Shown here one piece after another: positions 12,168-23,200 of a DNA stretch of 64,000 nucleotides. Under the pieces are notes generated by a model. The model saw nothing but the letters and a program-made list of their open reading frames with translations, did no database searches and was not told the DNA's origin. Each line of letters begins with the position of its first letter. Position 1 is the stretch's first letter. This DNA is from Lytechinus pictus. Its lineage: Eukaryota. The position numbers and the translations under genes were made by a program. The DNA lies in assembly GCF_037042905.1 (NCBI RefSeq), contig NC_087259.1, forward strand, positions 21,204,001 to 21,268,000. Reading direction: 5' to 3'.

Positions 12168-13959
12168 GTATGTAATGTTTTCATTTATCTTTTAATAGTG
12201 TTGAATGTTTGAATTTTGAGGGTGACATTTTTGCAATCGACAGTTCTGGTTGGCAAAAAATGAAAGAGAAAAGATTAAGAGAGGTCTAAACTTTATGTAG
12301 TAGTATGACTGAGACTGAGTATGATGAGTACCGGTACCGGTATTCTATTTCTATCAATAATCAAGGATAATAAAATTCTGGTTTGTGATTCATGAGCAGA
12401 GTTTCAGTGCACCAGCAGCACCAGGTCCAGGCCACTCATTCAATGAACAAGGTTATGATATAACCTTGTTCTCACTCTCAGTTATATCTCATTCTCAATG
12501 TGTGGCAAAATAAGGGTGGCAATGTTTGGCTTATTTTCTCTTTTTGTTTGGGACAAATGCTTGATTTTTTTTACACTGACAGTTTCCATTACACCTATTC
12601 TTCATAAAACTTGGCCCTTAAGTAAATTTGATTCTTTAAATTATTTTTTTCTTAATTAAAAGTAGAGATAAAAACGAGAATTTTCTTGCCATATATTACT
12701 ACCACCAATAGAGGGCGTACACAAAAATATGCCCAAAATTCAAGTTTTTGAGCGCTCTAGTGAATACAAAAATTATTCCCAAGTTACTAATGAAAAATAA
12801 ATTGCAACTGTATGGAAATTAGTAATTTTGGTCACAAAAGTGATATTTTAATGATTTTTTAAAGTGTGTGCTCTGTACAGCATTGGCATGCCATAGTCCT
12901 ACCTGTAGATTCCCCACAGGCAGGATGGTTGCAGTGAACAAGGCCAGAGAGAGGCGCGAGGCAGAGCAGCCCACTTTTATTCGAGGTTGGCCCGGCCTAG
13001 ACAGCTGGCAGCCGTCTGTTTCGAGGAGTTTTTTTATTTTTTTAAATTTCTCCTCGTACACAGACGGCTCGCTATCGTGCAGCCACCATTAGATTAGGGG
13101 ACTTACAATGCAAAATCCCCCCGTCGGGGCTCTTCAATTTTTGTCTTTAATGAATGAAACTTTTTAAAATTAATGCGTCCGAAATGCAAATTAATATTCC
13201 CTCTTGGCATTAATTGCCAAAAAACGGGGAAAAATCAAGTTAAAAGGAACAAAAACAGTGATGTGTGTCGCGCAACTTCACCTCTCTGTTTTATCCGAAC
13301 TTACATACATAAACATATGGCCATTGAGTCCCCTGTACAGATCGCGCTAGAACTTCGGTCTCTGTATTTGGTGAGTGAAGCCAACGGAGTTCTGCTGAAC
13401 AACCAACATAACAGAGACCGAAGCTTTTGGTCTAGGCCCGGCCTAGACAGCTGGCGCTGGCAGCCGTCTGTTTTGAGTAGTTTTTAAAAGCATTTTAAAT
13501 TTCTCCTCATAGTCATACACAGACGGCTCGCGATCGTGCAGCCGCCATTAGGGGATTAACAATGCAAAATCCCCCTGACGAGTGACGGGGCTCATCGATT
13601 TTTGTCTTTATTTCATAAAAATAAATCTATAGTCCTAGATCTAAAAAAGAACTGGACCAAAATAACGGAAAGACTTACATTGTATGTCCCCTCCAGGCTC
13701 CACTAATTAAAAAAATACTTCTCCAAACCCCCTTCTTTTGTTCTCTTTTCTCCTTTTTTTTCTTCTTCCGGTTGGAACTTGGATTTGAACCTCGATCTCG
13801 CTGCAGAACGAGGCATCTCCAGTCTGTCGCCTTACGTCACTGAGCTAGCAGGAATTGTTGAAAGCCATGGGTTTCGTAGCGTTTCTCCTTCTTCTTCTTT
13901 CCTTGGTTGGCAACCAGTCAGGATTGACTATTTTTGCCACAGCTTTTCCTCATTTTCAA

Positions 13960-14290
13960 CAGCTTGTTATTCTTGTTATTTTTCTTTTCTTTTCTTCTGT
14001 TTTCTTTTCTTTTCCTGTTATTTTTTTTATTAATTTTTTTCTTCTTTCCTCTTATTTTTTCTTTTTTCTCTTTTTTTCCTATTCTTTTTCTTTTCTTTTC
14101 TCTTTTTTCTTTTCATTTCTTTTTTTTTCTTTTCTTGTCTTTTGTTCTCTTTTTTCTTTTCTTGTTTCATTTTTTCCTGCATTTTTTCTCTTTTCTTTTC
14201 TTCTTTTCTTTTCTTCTTATATAGACATATTGTATTTTTGTCCTTTTAAAATAATAATTTTCCTTTTTTTTCTTTTTTTTGTATGCATTC
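13960..14290. repeat. T/C-rich low-complexity tract
   Basis: Runs of tttc/ttttc; source of the spurious Phe-rich ORFs. Confidence 0.9.
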
Positions 14291-15240
14291 TGTTTCTTGC
14301 AGCACGTTGTATTTTCTTCTGCTACAGTAAGCTGCAAAAGAGAAAACAAAAGTAAACTGGATTTGTGGCCTGATAAAACTTCAGGTTTCGGGACACCGAA
14401 AGCTAAAGTATGGGATGAAAGTGCAAAAAAAAAAAAAAAAAAAAAAACAACAACAAACAAACTTGAAAACAAAACCAAACAAACCAACAAATAAACAACA
14501 AAACTTCTCTCTTCATTCTTAACTCCTTATTGTCCCCCCTTACAAATCACCAAATTAAAGAACTCAGATAATTAGCAAAGGGTAAGGAAGGGAAAAAAGA
14601 ATAAGGAAAAAAAAGAGAGAGAAAAACAGGATCCACGACGATCACTGAGCTCCGCGTTACGGGCTATCTGTTGTCGTTGTAGTAAAATGACATATAATCA
14701 AAATGTATAGGACCATAGGAAAGTGAGTAAAAATCGACCATGTGTCTGCATCTTCTTCTGCTTTGTGTCTCCCTTTCATAGATTTAACGCTTGTAGAAAA
14801 AAAGAATTAATAATAATATTGAATAAATAAATAAATAAAAAATACAAAATTAGGGGGCGGAGAAAAATTCAGACTTTATAATCGTTTCGTTCTGAGAACG
14901 AAACGGACCAATGCAGATTGGGTTTCTACCTTAGTACTCTTTAAGAGATCCATTATTTTTTGGGGGGTTGATAGATTTGTTTCTGTAAGTAGCATGGCTC
15001 TCAACCGATATTACGACTAGTCTACTCTCCAAGAGTATTTTGGTATTTATTTTTCTGACTAAATATACCAAAGTCATTGGGAATTACACACACTCAAAAT
15101 TTTGACGGAATATAGCCATATTTTGGTATGTATTCAACTTTTCCTTCTTAAATCTCTTGTATGTTAGATAATTCTTGATAAACCTTTTCCATATTTTTTT
15201 TCTTCTCAATTTTAGTAGAGGGGACATACCGGTAACGTAT

Positions 15241-15828
15241 GGGCACTAGTATTCAACCCGGCATAATTTAAAGATTTGGACTAATTCCCCCTAAATCCCT
15301 CAAATATTTAGAAATAGGGAATTTATCTTAATTTCATACCTTTTGTTATTTCCAGGGTAATCTGTTGTCGGTTTCTTCTATATTAATCTGACGACTATGC
15401 GCGGAGGATCGAATTATGCGGCGATGACCTTTTGCACTGAATTGCACAAGTATTCAACCTCGTGATGATTGATAGCGAATCTCAAAATGGTTTAGATTGC
15501 TAAACTAGATCTAGATCTATGAAGTCTCTGGCCTCGACTTATTCCCTGTTTGGTCTCATCTCAATTAAATGGTCTAGTCCATAGTCGGATGGGACAAGGG
15601 CAGATTGAGAGACGGTCATCTTTCATCGCTAGGTTGAATACTAGTGCCAAAAACCAGCGCCGTTTAATTCGATCCCCTGCGCACACAGTCGACGGGTTGA
15701 AGAAACAAATGACGCGAAAAGAATAACCAGCATTTGCTCTTGGAAATAAGACAGGTCTGAAATTAGGGTAAATTCCATATTTCTATATATTTGAGGAAAC
15801 TCTCCAAATGGGTTGAATACTAGTGCCC
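15241..15828. mobile_element. Foldback-type MITE, superfamily unresolved
   Basis: Perfect 19-bp TIR GGGCACTAGTATTCAACCC; long imperfect inverted arms; internal TIR-motif copies near 15450 and 15632; no clean TSD. Confidence 0.75.
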
Positions 15829-16250
15829 TTTTATAATATGGTATGGAAGTCTTGCCAAAATAACTTAAGGTTAATATTCCGTTTTGGCCTGAAATGCACC
15901 TAAGCGGGAAAAAAATAAACTTAGAAGGACGAAAACAGTGACTTGGCTGTCACGCAACTCCCACTTCCCTGGTTTATCTGAACTTAGTACATAAACATAT
16001 GGCCATTGAGTCCCTGTACAGATCGAGTTAGAACTTGGGTCTCTGTATATTTGGTAAGTGGAATCAACGGAGTTCAGCAGATCAACCAATTTAACAGAGA
16101 CCAAAGCTTTTGGTCTAGGCCCGGCCCAGAGTCTAACGTTAGATCTAGGCCCTAATCATTCACGCTAACCTTCAAAGGCAAAGCAAAGGCAGCTAGAGCA
16201 GACTCAGCAGATGCAGAGAGGCAAAGTCAAATTAGCCAGGATGCATTTAG

Positions 16251-16394
16251 CAGGGGCCGCGGAAGCAGGGGGGGGGGGGGCTTCAGCCCCCCACTTTTTT
16301 CCAAAACCGTGTACAAAAAAGTAAAAATTACCATAGGATTGTGATGTTTTGCATGGTCAGCCCTCCCACTTTGAAAACCGTTCCGCGGCCCCTG
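16251..16394. mobile_element. hAT-like MITE with 5-bp TSD
   Basis: 14-bp TIR CAGGGGCCGCGGAA; flanked by TTTAG (16246-16250 and 16395-16399). Confidence 0.8.
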
Positions 16395-17351
16395 TTTAGT
16401 CACTCTTTTTACTTGCAAACTCGGGCGATGGTTTGTATATTTCACTACTGCTCTCCGAATAGGTGACAAAAGGTAAGATGGTGTTGTAAATATCAGCAGG
16501 TTTTTCTTGCGGTTCCTAAAAAAAAAAAGATTGGTCTAGCACAGTAAGAGGGGGGGGGGGGGGGGGGTTCAAACTGAATGAAATGTTGACCAAAAATAAA
16601 GAGGTCTTCACCACCAATTTAAGGTATTTTCCTACCCCCAAAAAAATTGACAACCAAAAAAAAGAGTCTTGAACCCCTGTAACCACCCCCTGCATACGCT
16701 ACTTGTCTAGCACCTCGTTAAAAGAGTCAGATTTCGAAAATAATTTTGTCAAAACATGGGTTACATGTGTAATCATATTTTAACAAGTTTAATTTACCAT
16801 TTCCAAAACAGCTTGATACTTACATGTACATGTAGCAGCAAACCAAAAAGAAGTAGTGTACTGTACCAGTAATGGCTTTCTTTTTTAGAAGTTAGATGGG
16901 TAGGATTTAAGCAAGACATCACTTAAAGTAATATCCAATAAAAAAAAGCAACTTCCCCCATATGTTGATATTGATCAAAGTCTATTCAAGTGGTTGCATG
17001 TTTTCTTGCATTTAGTTACTTCCTTTTAGACCGCCCCAACTAATTTTTTTAGATTAGCTAAAGACACACCTCCACCTTTCTAAAAATTTATGGCACCCTT
17101 GTTTTGTAAACATTGGTATCTTTGAAATCTTTGGAGCAAATACTTGTTGTCACTCAGACCTATCTTGTTTAAACTATTTCATATCAAACTGTTAAACAAC
17201 TTTGCTCGACCAATTATCCATGCTGCAATTCATTTCAAATACTGATTATTCATGGTGGTACTAGCTAAAGATGTAATTTGCAGATCTAAAGTAATTTCAT
17301 AATTAATACTCAGAGTCAGGGTTCCAATTTCTCAAATTTAAATGTATGTCA

Positions 17352-17472
17352 ACATCAAACAGGGTAGCAGCAACTCCCATCTTTTAACGTATTTTGGTCT
17401 GACGCAGCTGGGGCTTGAACTCCCGACCGCCCGGTTGTGGGATGGACGCTCTCCCAACTGAGCCAACACACC
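17352..17472 (-). mobile_element. tRNA-derived SINE 5' fragment
   Basis: Minus strand reads GGTGTGTTGGCTCAGTTGGGAGAGCGTCC...GGGAGTTCAAGCCCC (A and B boxes), then non-tRNA body sequence. Confidence 0.7.
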
Positions 17473-19154
17473 AGTACACTGAATGATACATTATAAATTC
17501 TTTGATAGAATTGGATGTATACAGACTCTACATGTATGAATTTATGATCCTTAACATTAATTATTGCTACATTAATTTCAATTACTTGTTAGTTTTGTGA
17601 CACCCCCCAAAAAAAAAGAAAAAGGAGAATACTACCACTTCTTTCTTATTATAAAGAAGCCCAGCTACCTTTTGGAAATATTGTTTTGAGGAAACTTATG
17701 TTTTCTCCCAATTTACAAGAATAAAAAAAAAATGTGAACATGAGCAGTTGTAAAGTCTGGTACTGCACTGACTTGTATTTTAATACTGTATGTTGATAAC
17801 AGTACTAGATTTTATTCAGTTTAATGGAAAATGATACGTACAATTAGAGGAATGTAATTACCTTTTAAACCTTGGCATCATTAGCAGAAAGGAAGAGTGA
17901 AGATAAAGGGCAGGAAATTTTCAAATGCAAAGTGGACTGTTCATGATCAGCAGTCAGTTTATAACATTGTATGCACATTTGAAGTTTCAATAAATCTGCA
18001 TAAACTGGGCAAGGCCAATGAATGATTTTACCAGAATAAACCAATTTGATTTTAACTTTGGCCACAAGACCCTGTTATGTTCATTCACAGATCTAGAACA
18101 TGATGGCTGCATTTTTAAACCTAACCTTGTTTTTTTATAGAAATATATTTTTATTGATTTGATCTTTGATGAAACTGTGTTTGAAGAGACCATTACAAAT
18201 AAGTATGTATTTTTCAAAGGTCTGCATAATTATGTACTTACAGCGCAATAATAAAAACCCCAGCCTTGTCGTTGCACGACATAATTTAACCATTTGACCC
18301 AACTAAGGACGGGGTCAATCAAATCATAATGGTAATGATTTCAGCGGTTTTTAACAGTTGCTTGACTGTAGCTTTGGACAACAGGTAAAAAGACCAGGCT
18401 GTATTATTACATGTAGTGACTTTAAAACTGGAAAATGATGTAGTCGGCACAGATCACTTCATAAAAGAAAGATTGTTTATGTGTACTTCACAGTCAGGGC
18501 CCTGTCTAAGAGTTTTTGTTAATTTGATCAACCATCTATCGAAAGCCAGCACTCCAACATCTAGAATGCATATCTGTCTGTTCAAAAAGTGTTCTATTGT
18601 GTATACATGTCTCATTGTCTTTACAATTTAATGTGCTTCTCTCTGTTTTCAAATTATGCAGATTTGCATGTATAAAATATTATGACACTGTTTACTAAAT
18701 GTTTTGATCTTTTGAATTCAAATGTAGAAAGTAAGTTTAAGTATACATATAGCCTGTATTATAAAATCTGTATTAAGTTGTCCTTCAGCTAATTAATGAT
18801 TGTGGCAATATAATGTATGACATATATATTTATTATGTGATAATGTGACAGACAGATACATCATATTATCTTGTAATTAATAAAATCAGGTATGATTTTC
18901 TAATTTTCATCAATAAATATATTATCTACACGCACTTACATGTCTACATGTAGATCAGCACAGATTAATCTAAGGTGGCCTATACCTGAGGAATGGAGCT
19001 GATAATTAATGCCGGTAGAAGCTATCAACTTGAGGGTGCAAGAAGCAATGGATTTCCATTGTTGATTAGATCAATCACATTTCTATGTAACATGGGACCC
19101 TGGTTTACTTGTTCTTATACTGAAATGCAATCCCCTACTTCACATGCATACCAG

Positions 19155-19403
19155 GGCCATGTCTTACAAAGAGTTGTGATTGATCCGATCAATCACAACT
19201 ATGGACGGCCAGCAACGTTGACATAGATGCATGCATGTTTGTTCAAAATATTTTCTATACATTTATCGTTCTCTTGAAGATTCAGTGTGATTCTCTCTGT
19301 TTACTATGGTGCGAAGTCCCTGTAGAAAAAAATTATGACACTGTTGGATTTCCATAGAGTTACGATTGATTGGATCAATCGTAACACTTTGTAAGACAGA
19401 GCC
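19155..19403. mobile_element. Harbinger-type MITE
   Basis: About 50-bp imperfect TIRs (ggccatgtcttacaaagagttgtgattgatcc...); CAG TSD shared with the abutting element; fragments near 18496 and 41408. Confidence 0.75.
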
Positions 19404-19406
19404 CAG

Positions 19407-19619
19407 GGGGGTGTTTCACAAAGATTTAATTACGACTTAAGAGTCCCACTTAAATGCCTAGTTGTGCGCGGTATAAAAGCCATGACCGCGTTGGTCAGAT
19501 CATGCAAACAGGACGCGCACTATTGTATATTGATCAATTAGATTGGGCGTTGCATTTCAGATACGCGTCGGCATTTAAGTGCGATTTAAGTCACACTTAA
19601 ATCTTTGTGAAACAACCCC
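19407..19619. mobile_element. Harbinger-type MITE
   Basis: TIR ggggtgtttcacaaagatttaa; CAG TSD; related copies at about 44951-45162 and 62075-62342. Confidence 0.8.
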
Positions 19620-20276
19620 CAGGTGTGGTACTACATGTACATGTAGGAGCTAATGTATACATGCAGGCAGTGTTGTTAAAGAATATTGTAAATATGAAGG
19701 GGTGACTCAGGTTGCTATTCAGGGTTACTTGGGTCTTGAGCTAATTTGCACAAGGAAGGACTGTACCTGTGTTTACTGTTTGTTGTGCTTGGAGTCCTTG
19801 TCTTGATGCACAGTATTTATCTATTAAACTTTGGTGCTGTTTTGTAAATCTCATTATTCACAAGTCCATGGTATGACCCCAAAGACCATTTGTAACCCAT
19901 GAACACAAGCCCAAGTTTGCAAATGGTGTATTAAACCTGACTACCATGAGAGTTAAATGTAATTTATTCACATATGTTGGCTTGATGTTTTAATAATGGC
20001 AACTGATCCAATACTATAAATTTCTTTCTACATGTACCTCCATGATTATACGGGTGTTTCTCACATACATCATACATGAATCTTTTTTTTCTTTTTCTTT
20101 TTTTACAGGTTCATGTTCATTGCTGAAGATGGTTGACCTGTCCATTCTGAAACAAATGAAACTAATTATTACATGTACTTCGTAAATACATGTGTATATT
20201 TTAAAATTAGTTCTCCTGGATTATTGATTTAACAAGACAGTGAAATCTGTAAAGGGGCTCTTTTGCCCTGTCAGCC

Positions 20277-23200
20277 ATGCAACGACTGAGCTCTTTCTTC
20301 CGACAACTTCATCATCCATTCCATTCACCCCATTCATCAATAGCGCCACCTGGCTGCAGACGGCAGCCAGTCACAGGTACCCTTGAAAGCATACAACAAA
20401 CCCAAGCTCTGATCACTTGCAAGTCAAGTTCCAAAGTACAGAGAAGTAATCGTCTGCTAACTCAAAGGTCAACCCCCCTGTTTGCTCATTCACTGCCTAG
20501 CAAGTACTCCAGACAAGACAGAAAAATGAGAGATCTTGTAAACATCGCTTCTTTGGGGACCAGCTCGGCCCTTGCAGCCAATGCTTCTCCTAAGAAACCC
20601 CAGAAAGCTGCAAAACTTGATGATTTGGCGGCTGAGCAACCTGTTGTAGGCTCCACAGATGAAGTGTATCAGGTATGATGGTGTAGGGTTTTCCCCCTTA
20701 TTTATATTTTTTGTAAATTATTTTTTATACTTACTGTGGAAAATGGCACATCAGCATCACACCGATGTCGCAGAAATTGTAAAATGCATGAAGGTACATG
20801 TACCTGAACTGACACTGATTAACAGTTAAACACAGTCATGGAAATCACATTAAAAGTTGTGATGATTTTCTTGATTATGTATCTAGGGAAAAAAGGATAA
20901 TCCTTTAAAACATCCGACCTCCTAACATGTATGTACCTTTATAGAGCCTTGCTGATGATTTGCCTCTATTTTGTAGTTCATATGACAAATTTTAATGCTC
21001 TTATTAAGCATAGCTTGAACAGTTGTTTGTGAAGTGAAATAAAATTAACAGAAGTGATGGTCTGATAAATGTATACCAAAATGTGGATTATTTTATGAAT
21101 TTTGTTTAGTTTCAATAGATCCCTTCAATGATAGTTCAGATTGTATTAAAAGTTAAGTGATGGAGGGGGACAGAATGACAATGAATGAAAAGTAATGATA
21201 GTTAGAACTTCTGAAATAGAGTTGAAAAACGAAAAGATGTATGAGAGTTTTTTTTCAATTATTCTGTAAATTATGGCTTTAGGGTGTTTGAAATTTTGTT
21301 GAAATGGAAACATACAAGTAATGCTACCTGCATACAAAGTTAGAGCTTAACCCTTCTACTGTAAAGAGTTCTAGGAGACATTCCAACAGCTGAAAATTCA
21401 GCATGATTTTATAAATGATTTAGACATGAATTACAATTATGTGCGAATTCATGTGTACTCTACATATTTTATGTACATGTAGACTTCCAATAGTTCAGAA
21501 AATTGTTTGTCTACATAAGCAGTGTTAGCATGTCTTGTGATAGCTGGTTCAATTGAAAATAGTTGATCGAAACTTCATTTGGGCTTGAAAAATGGAAAAG
21601 GGTAGGTCTTTTGTTGATTGAGAAAAGTATAGAAAAAAGAAAAGAGGGTTTATTGTGCTTTGCGGAAACAAATATTTTCTGTAAAATCAAAACCAATTTT
21701 ATGGGATATACTGTGTACATTATTTATCTTACAAAGGTGTTCAAGGATAAGTAAACACAAATGTAATTGGATGACTAAATTTAGCAAAACATGACCTTGC
21801 AAGATTTGTAAAGCGAAGTTTTACCCCATTCCTGTAATGATATTCCCCATTGGATTTTATACCCCTTTCATAAACCCAATAAAACACAATTATGCGGCTA
21901 ATAGCAGCATAATTTGGTCGTAAAATCAGAGGAGGACAAGAGTTATCCGCATTATTCTGATGCTGCTATTATCCGCATAATAGCGGCATCGGGACAAGAT
22001 TTTGAGTTTATGAACGTATTTCCAAATAATGCGGATAATTGCCATGGTGCGGTCACAAGGTCACCCTTTTCCAACACAACCGCATTGGAGGGGGCGTGTC
22101 CAGTTGTCATGACGATTATCCGCCTTTTTCAGGACGGGCGCTCGTAAAAATAATTTATGGAGTTTGTGAACGCAATTTTTATTGAATTATCCGCATTACT
22201 CTTAGGCGGCTAATTGGAGGATATGTTTTATTGGGTTTATGAAAGGGGTATTAGTTACATCTACATGTACATGCATGTATGTAAATTCATGTTCTTCATT
22301 ATGTTCTTTATGAGAAATATATCTGAAAAGCTTTGAGAGTGCAAGGTTAAAGACAAATGTTGATGTAAGAAGTTGACTTACATGTAGGGGCAAAATTACA
22401 CTTACATACACTTTGACTATTAAAGTTTACAGAACAGATGCAGGGAGGAGATTGCTCAGAGATTATGATCCAGTGCTCTACTGCTTCTACTTTTTTAAAG
22501 TGGCTTCTTTCCCACATTGGAACTCAGAAACGATTATGCAAATTAAGGAGTATCATTTACCACACGAAAGTATCACCAGTCGTTCTTAAAGTCGCTCTTA
22601 ACTTACAAACAGCTTTATGAAACGGCCCCCTGGGGATTTCTCAGTGCTCTTTGAAGAAATGTTTTCCCCTGTCATTGATGCACATGTAGACCCCCCCCCC
22701 CCCCACATACAAATGGACTATTGACCTTGATCAACCTTCAGTCTTATCCATCAATGAAAGAGAGTCAATATCATTTCCTCAATTATTAAAGAACTTTGAT
22801 AATCTTAACAAGTCAAAATGGGTAACAACAGGAACTCAAAATTTCCTTCCTTTGGCATTTTATGATTTATTGTGTTCCCTTGCTGCACCTCCAGAGAATT
22901 CCACCATATTGTTTTCTGATATGTACAGGTGGTGCTTGACATCTTGTTTGTCCTATTTTTTTCTGGATCATCTGTAACAAAACACAATGTGCCTTCTATT
23001 TCAGGAGGCCGTTCGGAAGCTGAACACGCTGCAGTCCAACGCCAAGACCCTGGATGCGATACGCAAGAATCGCGACATGGGCGCATACAAGAACATCCCG
23101 GACGTCATCGACTTTGCAGCGAGGGTCGGCATTTCGGTGAGCTCAAACATTGTATGTGCCGTTTTTGTAGAAATTTGCATGTATTTTCACCATTACTGAT

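Larger units (their letters stand above)
12989..16127. mobile_element. Two head-to-tail copies of an approximately 450-bp TIR element; the second is split by about 2.2 kb of nested insertions
   Basis: 12989-13160 matches 13436-13615, and 13191-13443 matches 15871-16127. Ends are GGCCCGGCCTAGAC / GTCTAGGCCCGGCC. The junction palindrome GTCTAGGCCCGGCCTAGAC (13430-13448) is shared. Confidence 0.6.

Noticed and set aside
13779-14494. Overlapping Phe-rich and Lys-rich ORFs resembling membrane proteins
   Set aside because: They are translations of a T/C low-complexity tract that is open in several frames, with no splice or codon support.
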